Shown here: in pieces, positions 36,691-48,605 of the stretch
Layout: every line of letters starts with the position of its first letter
How positions within the stretch are numbered: the stretch's first letter is position 1
DNA from: Felis catus
Taxonomy: Eukaryota
Direction of reading: 5' to 3'
Length of the DNA: 64,000 nucleotides
Assembly: GCF_018350175.1 (NCBI RefSeq)
Contig: NC_058368.1
Coordinates: 117,864,001 to 117,928,000, forward strand
Notes under the pieces: model-generated
Told to the model about the DNA's origin: nothing
Seen by the model: the letters and a program-made list of their open reading frames with translations, nothing else
Databases searched by the model: none
Position numbers and translations under genes: made by a program

Positions 36691-38759
36691 CTGTCTACCT
36701 TGCTGAGAGGGGCATTTTCTTGCTGCACAGATTTGGCACCCAGGTGAGAGCAGAAAGAAAGGAAACAGGAATCTCTGTTCATTGGTGCATCCCCAGTACC
36801 TGGCACACATTAGTATTGGTCATTGTCACCTAACTGTATCTGTCGCCCTCCTGGCCCTTGTGTGGGGGTGAGGACTATAATGGGAGAAACTGATTTTGAT
36901 GAGCAGTGTACCCTGTGTGGCTGAGGCCCTGGGAACTATGGTGCGGGGTCTCAGGACGGGGGACAAGTTTAGATTTTGACTCTTGGTTGTGGCTGTGGTT
37001 TTGGGAGAAGAAATGCCGTGGAGAGCCCACGGGGCAATCAGGGTCACAGGTGGCGGGCTTGGGGCTGGGCCCTGGCCCCTCTGCCCCCAGCCTGCAGACT
37101 GAAAGCGCTTGGGAGGGAGGGGTGGGAAGGAGAGGGGTGTGGGAAATCTAGGGAAGGGAGAGAGAGAGAGAAAACAGGAGAATTACCGGTTGGGCGGTTG
37201 CAAGGCCCCAGTTAGTGCTGCTCCAGCAGGTCAGACAGACTCTCAAGGCGCCTCCTTCCTCCTGCTCCTTCTTCCATTGTTGGGCAGTCTGGGTGAGAAC
37301 AATGGGAATGGAATCCTTTTCCCCTCCCGCCTGGCAGGGCTGGGCCCACTTCCTCCTGGCCCACCGAAAGGAATGCTTTCTTGTCCTGGCTGTGTGGGAC
37401 CCTCAGGGAAGAATGGCACTGGGGGCTCCCCAGGGATGAAGGCTTTGTGGCTTGAGCTGATGACAGTTGGGGTTGGAGCAGGGAGGGGGTGGGTGTGGAG
37501 GATCTTTTCATTCCTCTTGGCTTTCTAACGAGTGTTTCTGCTCTTTTTCCTCACTCATTATGGGGTCTCTGTTGTGAGGCATTAAGTCAGGGCCCTTGCT
37601 GACTTCTGGAGCAGACCACTCAGGCAGATCTGTGAATCACAGGGAAGGGGCCAACAGTCCCAGGGAAGCCCTTTGAGACAGGTTAGCTGGGCCTGGGTGC
37701 CCCCCATCCTGGGCGGGCTTGAGAACTATCCAAACCCTTTATTCCTTTCCTCCCAGTAGTCTGGAAGCTACCGTGTTTTGTGTGAACCGGCTTCATTGCC
37801 ACACCTCTCAGAAGGCTCTTAGACTGTTGAGCCCTGATCTCTGCAAGCAATGGGGTGGCATGAGCAGCCAAGGCTGGGGTTTTCATTTCAAGTTTAGAAG
37901 ACACAGAAGCTGCTGCCTTTTCTCTTCTCCTTTGATGATTTTGAAGCTTTTGTCTGATCTCACCCTTGTTTGGGGGAGTGGATATGTATTCACCTACACC
38001 CTGAGTATTAGCAGCAAGCTTTCAGGAGTGGCTGCTGAAGATCAGACTGTGCTTTCTGGTGTCATCTCTCACTCCAGGGTTCAGGACCCCTGGAGACTCT
38101 CCATATCTCCCCCAAATTTCCCCCAAACGTTCCCTTCTAAGTGACTTCTAAGGCCGGAAGAAGGTGAGGGAGGAATCCCCTGTGGCCCCAGATAGCTTGG
38201 GCTTAGGAGTCTGAAGGAGTTTGAGTTGAGCTTACCAAGGACAGGGAGGGGTAGCCAGGCCCGTGACCTGTCTAAGGGAATGCCAGCTAATTAAACCAGT
38301 GTGTTTTATTGTTGGAATTGAGAAAGGGGGGTGGGGGAGGGTGGAGGGGTGAGGTCGAGGGGAGTGTCTGCGTGAGTTGGGGGAACCGATGGGAAAATGT
38401 GGAAGAACATGGGCTTGGAAGGTCTGGTGGGTCTCTGGATTCCAGTCCTGGCGTTCACCTATGGAACCCAGGGAAGGAGACATAGTAATGACACAGTAAT
38501 GAGAGCTGACAAGTATTGAGCTCTTCAGGGAACTAATTACTACACTTAGTTTGCCTGGCTTCCAGCCTTATGGGGAACCGATGGGGGGCAGAGAGGGGGG
38601 TGTCTCTGCACACAGTATGCAAACATTCATTTAATCCCTCTGTTGTCAGCTGAACTGCTGTCTCTGTGCTCCCCTCTTCAGAGAATAAACGTCAAATGTC
38701 CTTTGAGCAGGAGGAGCCTCAGGGAGGAGCAGACCCTGGACTACAAGGAGAAAGCGGGA

Positions 38760-39228
38760 AATGGAGTCTGGTTGCACTGTCAACAGCCTTTCAACCTCCT
38801 CTCCAGTTCTTAGACTCCTCCTCTGCCCCTACTTGCAGAGATACTTGGTGCCGTTACCTCTGAGCCCTTTGCCCAGCTGCCTGCTTAGGAGTCAGCTTTC
38901 TGGGTCCTGCTGAATTGGTGACCATTCATCCATCTGCTTTCCAGCTTTCGTTTTCTTTCTCTGTTTTTTTTTTTTTCCAATGTAGTTAACATGCAGTGTT
39001 ATATTAGCTTCAGGTGTAAAATATAGTGATTCAGCGCTTCCATACATTACTCAGCGCTCATCAAGATGCGTGTACTCCAGCTTTCTTTTTCTTGTTGATA
39101 CTGGGATGTTGTTTTGTGTTGTTTTGCGGTTGTCCCTCAGCTTTATGTATTTCAAAAAAAAATCCCATCTTATTTGAGTGGGCTTTGGAATGTCAAATAC
39201 ATGTGTTCAGTCCTCCATCTTTTACTGG
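38760..39228 (-). mobile_element. HAL1-like 5' fragment
   Basis: Shares motifs with 62590-62880 (tcagctttct.gggtc; atgtgttcagtcctccatcttt vs gtgtattcaatccctcatcttt). Confidence 0.5.
38957..39075 (-). mobile_element. Very short 5'-truncated L1 3' end (carnivore-era type) with TSD
   Basis: T tail plus 'gtagttaacatgcagtgttatattagcttcaggtgtaaaatatagtgattc'; TSD tccagctttcgttttct (38940-56) / tccagctttctttttct (39076-92). Confidence 0.82.
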
Positions 39229-40060
39229 GTGGGATTTATCCAGTTGGTAGATTTATCCCTTTATCATCATCCAAAGCTTTTTGGCTTTGGGTAGCAGAAA
39301 TGTTGTAAGTCCTGGCCCTTAAACACATTTCAGTTTGCAAATTAATTTTGCAAACAAGTCAGTGCACGTTCTTTCTCTTCTCTCAGCTCTCACCATCTTT
39401 CCCTACAAAAACATTGGAGCCCAAAGCCCAGCACAGTGGTAGCCCTCCTCAGAGCATGGTGCATGTGTCTGTGACTGATTGAATGGCTTTGACCTAGCCA
39501 GCCCATATCATGTGAAATCTTTCATCTGAGGAGAAACACTCAGCACACTGGCACAGTTAATTTCCATAAGACTAAACTTCGTTAATTAGTTTTTATTATA
39601 AATGATATTGAAGATATCATAAAATCTATACAAGGTACATATAGAGTGGAAAGAAGAATAGTAGAAATACCACTGTTGCCAGCACCCAGCTTAAACCCCA
39701 CAATGTTAGACACCCTGAGTGCCTCTTTCCAATCACCTGTCCCCCCGAAATAATCACTGTTTTTGTTAATCACTTGCTTTCTTTATAGCTTTACTATTGG
39801 TGCATGAAAACCTACATAATCCACTGTTTCCTTTTGAAATTTTTGTAAATGGAATCATATGTACAGTTTTCGTTGATTTGCTTCTTCACTCAGCATTTGT
39901 GATTCACTCAAATTGACCCATGTGGTTACAGTTCATTCGGCTATAATGTTCCATTGTGAGGTAACACCACATATTCTACTGTTAATGGACGTTAGGATTA
40001 TTGCCTCTTTTTACTCTTTTGAACAACAGAGCTTGGACTACAGTCAGGCAGGAGAGAGAC

Positions 40061-40508
40061 TATTATTTTCCTGTAGCTGTCTTAGTAAATGACCACAAAT
40101 GGGATGGTTTCAAACAATAGAAATTTATTCTCTCCCGGTTCTAGAGACCAGAAGTCTGTAATCAAGAAGTCATCAGGGCCACGCTCCCTTCACAGGGTCA
40201 GGAGAGGATCCTTTCCTGCCTCTTCTAGCTTCTGGTGGCTCCAGGTGTTGCTTTGGCTTATGGCTCCCTTGTTCCAGGCCCTGCCTCTGTCTTCACATGA
40301 CCCTCCCCTTCTTTCCCTGTGTCTCTCTTCTCTGTGTCTCTTACAAGGTTGCTTACCACTGAATTTAGGGCCCACCCAGATGATCCTGAATGATCTCATT
40401 TCCAGATCTTTAACTAAATTACATCTTCAAAGACCCTTTTTCCAAATAAGATCACATTCACAGGTTTCAAGACAAGTGCATGTCTTTTGGGGAGCCACCA
40501 TAGGTACA
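40061..40508 (-). mobile_element. MaLR LTR (MLT1C-like)
   Basis: 'aaacaatagaaatttattctctcccggttctagagaccagaagtc', 'aaagaccctttttccaaataagatcacattcacagg'. Confidence 0.85.
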
Positions 40509-41229
40509 GGTGTGATATTAGAGGCACCAGCCTACAGCTGCAACCCTTGGGGTGATTGCAGCAGCCTGAGCTTTTGTGGCCCCATAGCCTGTCTTCCTCC
40601 TTCAGGCCCTGGATCTGCCTCACAGCCCTGTTATGAACATCTGTGCACATCACCTGGAACCTTCGGGCAGGAGTTTGTCTGGGATACATAACACAAGTGG
40701 AATTGCTGGGTGGTAGAAAATGCGCGTATTATTTTTTGTCAGGTATGGCCACACTTTTTTTCAAAGCGGTTGTACGAATTTATGTTACCATCAGCAGTGG
40801 ATGGCAATTCCTCATGCTCCACATTTTCTCCAGGACCTGGACTGAGCACCTTCCTGATTGTAGGCAGTCTGGTAGATGTGAAGGATTTGGAGTGATAAGA
40901 TGTGGTGTGAGAGAATATCTCATCCAGGTTTTAATGTAAATTTCTCTGATGACTAACAAGGTTCAGCATATTCTCACGTGTTGATCGGCCATTGGTGTTT
41001 CGTCTTCTGTGAAATACCTCCTTAAGGCCTTTGCTTATGTTTATAATTGATTTATAGGAGTAATTTATGTATTCTCTATATTAATCCTTTGTTAAATTGT
41101 CCCAAATACCTTTCCTCCTTTTAAAACAGTTGAATTTATCAGTTTCCTTTATGGTTTGGGGTTTTTGTTCTTGATTAGGAAATCCTCTCAATCCTTGAGC
41201 ATATAAAAATATATCTCTATGTTGCCTTT

Positions 41230-41429
41230 GCTTTTATATTTATTTATTTTTCCTGAAAGAAAGAGAGAGCACGAGTGCGGGAGGGGCATAGAGCTAGGAG
41301 AGAGAGAATCCCAAGTAGGCTCCTCGCTGTCCGCACAAAGCCCAGTGTGGGTGTTGATCCCATGTGAGATCATGACCTAAGCTGAAATCAAGAGTCAGAC
41401 ACTTAACCATCAGTCACCCAGGCGCCCCT
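41230..41429 (-). mobile_element. CanSINE
   Basis: Perfect 16-bp TSD tctctatgttgccttt (41214-29 / 41431-46). Confidence 0.95.
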
Positions 41430-41464
41430 CTCTCTATGTTGCCTTTTTAAGATTTTATGGTTTT

Positions 41465-41581
41465 GGGGTTCTCACTATGGAACCTTCTTAGCATTCTCTC
41501 TCTCCTTCTGCCTCCTCCCCTTCTCATGCATGCTTTCTCTCTCCCAAAATAAATATGTTTTTTAAAAATTAAAAAAAATAC
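41465..41581 (+). mobile_element. 5'-truncated CanSINE (3' half)
   Basis: CT tract, AATAAA and A tail; TSD agattttatggtttt / agattttatgttttt. Confidence 0.75.
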
Positions 41582-42127
41582 AGATTTTATGTTTTTTTCT
41601 TTCATATTGAAGTCCCAGGATGGATTTTTTTGGTGTATGGTGTGAGGCAGGGATGCAATTTCACTTACTTTTATGTAATTAACTAATTTTCTCAGCACCA
41701 TTTATTAGTCCAGGCTTTATCCACTATCTAATACAACTTCTTGGTCATAAATCAAGCTTCCATATACACATGGACATTGTTCTAGGTTCTCTGTTCTATG
41801 CAGTTGGTTCATTGGTCGGTCCTTGTTCCAGTGAATACTATCTTTATTACTCCAGTTTTAACAATAAATCATGGTATCTGGTTGGGTTGGTTCCCACCAA
41901 CCTACTCCTTTTCAAAAGTGTCTTGGCTTTCTTGGACAGTTGTTCTACTATATACATTTTTGAAACAACTTTTCAAGTCCTTAAAAATACTTGTTGGGTT
42001 TTTTATAGGCTTTGCATTAAAAGTATAAATGAGTTTGGCAAGAATTGATGTAATTATGATTTTGAATTTTCTTACCTGAGAACATTGTATGTCTCCATTT
42101 ATTTAGACCTTTTAAAATGTCATTTGA

Positions 42128-42341
42128 GGGGTGCCTGGGTGGCCCAGTCGGTTAAGCGTCCGACTTCAGCTCAGGTCATGATCTCACAGTCTGTGACTTC
42201 GAGCCCCGCATCAGGCTCTGTGCTGACAGCTCAGAGCCTAGAGCCTGCTTCGGGTTCTGTGTCTCCCTCTCTCTCCGCCCCTCCCCTGCTCATGCTCTGT
42301 CTCTCTCTGTCTCAAAAATAAATAAAAATTTAAAAAAATAA

Positions 42342-42373
<32 letters not shown>
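42128..42373 (+). mobile_element. Young SINEC_Fc-type CanSINE with (TAAA)n tail
   Basis: Near-consensus body with retained CpGs; perfect TSD taaaatgtcatttga. Confidence 0.97.
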
Positions 42374-42376
<3 letters not shown>

Positions 42377-42388
42377 AATGTCATTTGA

Positions 42389-42600
42389 GGGGTGCCTGGG
42401 TGGCTTAGTCAGTTAAGTGTCTGACTTCAGCTCATGTCATGATGTCATGGTTTGTGAGTTCAAGCCCCGCGTCAGGCTCTGTGCTGACGGCTGAGAGCCT
42501 GGAGCCTGCTTGGGATTCTGTGTCTCCCTCTCTCTCTGCCCCTCCCCTGCTTGCACTCTGTCTCTATCTCTCTCTCAAAAATAAATAAATATTAAAAAAA
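42389..42600 (+). mobile_element. SINEC_Fc-type CanSINE (older)
   Basis: Complete body; followed by a diverged target copy taaatgtgatttgg. Confidence 0.96.
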
Positions 42601-43905
42601 TAAATGTGATTTGGAATATGATTGTTTTCCACAGAAGGTTTACATATCTTGATTTATTCCTACATACTTAAAATTTTTTTTGGTGGCCTTTAGAAATGAG
42701 TATCTTTTAAGACAATTACATTTCTAACTGATTATTGCTGATGTATAGAAATGTGTGATTTTTTTTGTGTGTGATTTTTATAGTCAGCAATACTACAGAC
42801 CTCTCTTATTAGTTCAAATATTATATCTGCATATTATTTTGGGATTGTAATGTAGGCAATCATTTATTCATTCGTCTACAAATAATGACAGTGGTACTCC
42901 ATTCACCCTTTCTTCAGTATCTGGAATGTGTAATGAGACACTGTTAGTCCTGCAGGTCTAGTAAGAAAATACTAAGTAACGCTGAATTCAAAATGATCAT
43001 TTTCCCGTTTTATATAAAGTCACCTTAGTATTTTAGAGGACCTAATCCAGATTTATAGCATCCAATGCCAAAATCATTTGGAGCGACAGATCTGAATGCC
43101 CGTTTATGAAATACATAGAATTCTGGGCAGAATTAGCAAACAGCCCATTGACTTAGGTCCTGAGGTTGTAGCAGCAGGTCCTTCACTATATAGAGCAGGT
43201 CTGTGCTGCAGTGAAGTTGGCGGTGATACTTGCTGACAGAATGACTGCCTTGCAAGTTCCTCTCCTTTCTTCTAGCATGGTGGAGGATGGTCACGGGGTT
43301 TGGAATCAGGCAGATCACTCTATGTGGCCCTTAGTAAGTGGCTTAATTTGTCTGAGCTATAATGATAGCTCATTTGTAAAAATGATGTAAAATGATGATG
43401 TAAAGCATCATCTCATGTGTAATATGATGATGATAAACATTCTTCATAGGGTTTGGAGGAGGATTGAACGGGTCAATAGATATAAAGCCTGGAAGACAGC
43501 CTGGTTCCTGGGAAATGCACCATTAATGTTGGCAACCAGAACTGCTCCCAAGCCTTGGACCCTTCAAACTAGGCAGGTCCTTGAGTCCTGTCAGTTGGTA
43601 AGCCTTCAGCACAGGTGATAGAATACTATCAGGATGGCAAGCCTGAGCTTAGAAATCCTTCAGTCCTGGGGTTTCAAAAAAAACTATTCATCAAGGAAAC
43701 TTCCTTGAGACAAAACAAAAACAAAACCACAACAAAAAAACAAAAAAACTTGAACAGCAATGGAAAAAAACAGCCAAAGTTCATGCTGGTTCCAACAAAG
43801 TGAGGAATGCATGATCAGGAGTCCCATCTCCCCAGTCTCTGTGCAGCATGTGAGGCATCTCTGATGTACCCCTGCCTCCACAGCATTGATTCTGTCTGCC
43901 TCCTC

Positions 43906-44292
43906 CGTACTCATCTGCTCATGTTGCCTTAACAGAATGTCACAGAATGGGTGTCTTAAACAACAGAAATGCATTTTCTCACAGTTCTGGAGGCTGAGAT
44001 CCTAGATCTCATATCAAGGTGCCATCAGGGTTGGCTTCTGGTGAGACCTCTCTTCCTGAGCCTTTTTGCTGTGTCCTCATATGGTCCCTTCTCTGTGTGC
44101 ACACAGGAAGAGAATGAGCTTGGTGTCTCTTCCTCTTCTTACAAGGATGCTAATTCTGTTGGAGTAAGACACCACCCTTATGGCCTCATTTAACCTTTAT
44201 TACCTCCTTATAGGCCCTATGGCCGAGTACAGTCACACCAGAGGTTAGGGATTTAACAGGAATTTGTGGGGAACACAGTTCAGTTCATAACA
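43906..44292 (-). mobile_element. MaLR LTR (MLT1A/B-like)
   Basis: 'cttaaacaacagaaatgcattttctcacagttctggaggctg', end 'gggaacacagttcagttcataaca'. Confidence 0.82.
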
Positions 44293-46295
44293 CTTTACAG
44301 TTTTCCAAATGGAGTAATAGAAGCTCCTCAAAAGTAGATGATTCCTTCAGGCACATGTTGGAAATCAGGAGCTAAGGTTAGACCAGAGGCTGCAGCACTG
44401 GGCACAAGCACAGATACTCTGGTGACCTGGTGGCTAAGTGAAGTCCAGAGCTTAGCAGGGACCTTCTGGCCTCTGCTCAGAACCCAGGACTCCACCTGTG
44501 TCCTAAGATGGGTGGGAAGCTCCAGGAGCACCTGTTTGAAGCACTGTTGGCATGGACATTGGCATGGATGTTGGGCATTTTTTACAAGGGGCTTTGTGAG
44601 CTGAAGCAGAAGAGCTGAGGGGACCCCACGTGGTGACTGAGGTCCATGTACTTGGGATTGGGAGACATTCACAGGGACCAGGGAGCATTGTGACTCTGCT
44701 GTTGCAGAACAGGAGAGTCTCAAGGTAGCAGACCTTTTGGGTTGGCTGCATCCACTCACATTTATCATGTTCTGGCCATGTGCTGCCTGTGCCAGCTGCT
44801 TTATAAACTTGTGGGACCCTGTGCCCACCCTGTTAGGTAGGAGCTCAAGTCAGCTCTAGTAGTGACATAGCTAGTAGTGGCAGGGGGCTGGGGGGGCAGG
44901 GAGGCTGCCAGGGCTGTTTGTGTTTGGCTCCAAAGTTTATGCCCTAATGCTGTGCTCCACTGCCTGGCCCCTCTGCATCCCTCCCTTCTCTGAAAAGAGA
45001 GAACAGCCTCTGGATGATGCTCCTGGGTTGGTTGGGCCTCTTTCCACAGCCTGGTCAGGCTTGGATGTTTCTCATCTCCAGGAGGAAGAATAGGGAAAGT
45101 AAATGTATGTTGTAGTTCTGCAGGCCCATCCAGGAACCAAGCGGATTGAACAGGGTGGGGGTGGGGCCTGGAATGTCCCAGGCTGCCTTTTCCCAAGTTG
45201 AGGAGCGGAAGCCATGACAGCTAAGGGGATTTGTGGAAATTCCTCGGCACATTGTTACCAGGCAGAGGAAGTGTTTTAGAGTGGAGCTCTCAATTTCTGC
45301 CCTGGGGAGCCAGGGCTCGTTTCCGCTTCTGAAACTTGATTGTGGGAAACTGAAGGGGCTGTTTCAGGTCCTCAGTGTGGGGGGCTCCAGGAACTCCCCA
45401 TCTCTCTCTTCCAGAGGTGAAGGGGGCAAGAGAGTCCAGTGAGCCAGACAAAACAGCTCCGGAGTCTATTGCTCTTCTCTTTCCTTCCAGTTTGGGGTGG
45501 ATGGCTCAGAGCCGAGGCAAACGAAAGAAACATTTTTTCCAGGCCTGCTGGTATTTGTTTCTGGCACAATCAGCACAAGCAGATTAGAGGAATAAATTGC
45601 ATTTTTTAGTCTGTGTTCCCCCTCTGGACTGGACCTCCTCATGCTCCATCTGTGTGGCCCTCCACGGCTCACCAGTCAGTCCGTCCTGGAGAGATGGTCA
45701 GGCCTGACATCCCTGGCATGGCTGTCCAAACTCTGCCAGCTGGTGAGTCAACTCCCAGTGTCTTGGGTAGGTCGTAATTAACTCACCAGGAAAGATATAC
45801 ATGCCTCTATACATGTGTCTACATATGGAGGCTCCCAGTTACAGATGTACACGTGTGTATACTTAAGTGTGTCAGATGGCTGTTTCCTTTCCGTTGCCGT
45901 CCCAGCTTCCTCTGGCTCCGCTCTCTGATGGAGGAGCCCTCTGTGAGAGTTCTCATCAGGACCCTGGAGGAAGGGGAGGCTAGCATGGGTCCCCCCTGCC
46001 CCCGCCACCCCCCCACCGGAAAGTCTTGCTGGGAGCCAGATACTGAGGACTGGACCAGGCTGCTCCACAGGCCCTGCCAGGAAAACGCTTTCCCAGAAAA
46101 CCACCTTTGAGGTGTGACAGAAACCTGGAGGGGAAGGAAGGGCATGTAGGCCCACAAGGTCTTTCTTAACCCCCACACCGTCTCCGGTTGGAAAGTGAGG
46201 GTATGTCAGCTTGGCTGAACAAACCAAGTGGGAGTAACCAGCCTGGGGAAGAACTTCTACAGGATCACCTAACTGAGCAAGAGGTGCTCCCATGC

Positions 46296-46425
46296 CTGCC
46301 TTTCTTTTCTCCTCCCCTCCTCCCTCTCTCCCCACTCCCATCTTCCTTTCTTCCTCCCTCCCTCCCTCCCTTCTTTTCTCTCTCTTTTCTTTTCCTGCCT
46401 TCTTTCTTTTTCTTTATTCTCTTTT
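46296..46425. repeat. Polypyrimidine low-complexity tract
   Basis: About 130 bp of almost only C/T. Confidence 0.9.
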
Positions 46426-46457
46426 GGAAAGAGAGGGCCAAGCACTCATCCCTTTTA

Positions 46458-46685
46458 TTTATTTAAAAAAAATTTTTTTTAATGTTTGTTTAAATATTAA
46501 AGGACAGAGAGACAGAGTGCCAGTGGGGGAGGGCATAGAGAGAGAGGGAGACACAGAATCTGAAGCAGGCTCCAGACTCTGAGCTATCAGCACAGAGCCC
46601 AATGCTGGGCTCGATTCCACAAGCTGTGAGATCATGACCTGAGCCGAAATCAGATGCTTAACCGACTGAGCCACCCAGGCAACCC
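46458..46685 (-). mobile_element. CanSINE (SINEC_Fc-type)
   Basis: Antisense body ending 'aaccgactgagccacccaggcaaccc'. Confidence 0.94.
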
Positions 46686-46908
46686 TGTTTTGTTTTGTTT
46701 TTATATAAATGTTTTTATTTATTTTTGAGAGAGAGAGAGGGAGGGAGAACGAGTGGGGGAGGGGCAGAGAGAGAAGGGGACAGAGGATCCAAAGCAGGCT
46801 CTGCACTGACAGCAGAGAGCCCAATGCGGGGCTCAAACTCATGAACCATGAGATCATGACCTGAGCTGAAGTAGGATTCTTAACCCACTGTGTCACCCAG
46901 GTGCCCCC
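46686..46908 (-). mobile_element. CanSINE
   Basis: Antisense body ending 'cacccaggtgccccc'. Confidence 0.94.
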
Positions 46909-47229
46909 CTCCTCCCTTTTAATCTCTCATTATGTCTGGCTCAGTGTGAGCACCAAGGTTGGAGAATGTGACAGGCCACAGCCCATGAACCCAAGGACTA
47001 CAAAGTGTCTCTTCCCTTCAGAAAGTCCACCTCTGGGTGAGACTACAGGATGACTGGAGATGAACCTGTCACATGGTCAGCCTCCAGCTTTGTCCTTCTG
47101 CAGTGGGGAAAAGGGCACTGTGGAGCCCAAGCAGCAGGCTAAGGATGAGGATACCTAAGAGAAATGGAATTTGGGGTCATATGTCAAGCAGCATATTCCA
47201 CTTGGACAAATTATTATTTCATAGTTAAC

Positions 47230-47234
<5 letters not shown>

Positions 47235-47280
<46 letters not shown>
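47235..47280. repeat. (GT)23 microsatellite
   Basis: Directly visible. Confidence 0.98.
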
Positions 47281-47283
<3 letters not shown>

Positions 47284-48424
47284 GGTTTACATCCATAAGG
47301 CTTCTGGGAAAGGGACAGTTTCCCAGCGTGTAAAATATGAATTTTTCAGAGTCAACATTCCTAATGCCCAAATACACTTTAGGACTATGAAAACTTCATG
47401 TACAATGATATGTTGTTATGAACTAAATCATACTGAGCAGTTAGTTGTAAGAGGGCATTTTATGTTTTATTTTTATTTCCATGCGCGGTTTATTTTTGCA
47501 CTGACATTTTATTATAATTTCTTCCTACAGTAGGTGAAGTGCTTGGGAAGTTAATTTAAACCAGCCTGACTCTCTGTGTGTTTTTTAATATTTGTTTAAG
47601 CTTTTATTGAGCTTGTCAGGCCAGTCAGTGTGCAAAAATGCAGCCGAAAACCCCTTTTTCCTTCTGCGGTGCCTGCCCATTAATACTAGGTGGTGACAAG
47701 ATTCGCGCACACTTCAAATGGGGGATTATTCTGGGTTTTCAAGGAAATTTGAGCCACCTGTTTCAGAAACCTCTTAGTGACTTAGCGGGATGCTGAAGAG
47801 TGTCTCCCTGCTCAGCTGTCACTCAGAGTTCCAGCTCCCCGGGCCCCCTCTGACCTGGCCAGGCCCTGCAGGGGCAATTTGCATCACTGGTTGGCAGCCT
47901 GTGCTTGAGATGTCCTCCCAGCTTGTGGCTTGGCCTCAGCCTGGGCAAAAGAAGCAGCTGCCATCTCTGCCTCTGGGGAACTTTCCAGATCCACGGCAGG
48001 CTGGCTTCCCCCGCGTTTGGGCTGCCCAGTCTGGAGCTGTTTATCATGGACAGCAGAACGACATGGGATCACCTTGAGGAAGTGGGTTGTGAGAGCCGAT
48101 TGTGTGGCCTACGTGTCGAGGAGCCACGCTACCCACAGAATTTGGCCAAGGGAGAAATTAGAAAGTCAACATTTTCCAGCAGGCTGGGAAGCAGCTGGGC
48201 ATCTCTGGAGCCCAGGACTGGCTGGTAAAAGGGTCTTTGTGGTGGCAAAAGCAGCAAGGTGGTTGAGGGGGCACAGTCTGGTCTCGGCTAGGCTCGGGAA
48301 AGACCTCCTCCCCAAACAAGAGGTTTCCTGGCCCACAGTCCAAACTCTCCGTCCAATGTAAGCCAAGGAGTAGGCTAGACTCGTAGCCTGTTACAGCTGG
48401 AAGGAATTTCAGTGAGGAGCAGGC

Positions 48425-48605
48425 CAGTGGCTCTCAAAAGTGTGGTGCCAGGTCAGCATCATCTGGGAACTTGCTGGAAATATCAGTTGTCAGACCCCTT
48501 CCCAGGCATTGCCGACTCAGAAACTCTGGGGGTGGGTCCTAGTCATCTGTGTTGTAATAAGTCCTCTAGGTGATTTGGATGTAGGGGGTAGTTTGAGAAC
48601 CAGTG
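48425..48605 (+). mobile_element. MER5A-like hAT-Charlie MITE
   Basis: TIRs cagtggctctcaaa / tttgagaaccagtg; internal 'tcagaaactctgggggtggg'. Confidence 0.85.

Larger units (their letters stand above)
39580..42910 (-). mobile_element. Old L1 (L1ME-type) 3' portion, interrupted by an LTR and four SINEs
   Basis: Antisense L1 motifs 'gtaaatggaatcatat', 'aagtggaattgctgggtggtag', 'tttctcagcaccatttatt', 'attattgctgatgtatagaaatg'. Confidence 0.75.

Noticed and set aside
40089..40691. 200-aa ORF
   Set aside because: Reads through an antisense MLT1C-like LTR; repeat-derived.
42113..42615. Short direct repeats separated by longer spacers (superficially CRISPR-like)
   Set aside because: The repeats are target-site duplications and the spacers are SINEs; eukaryotic context with no cas genes.
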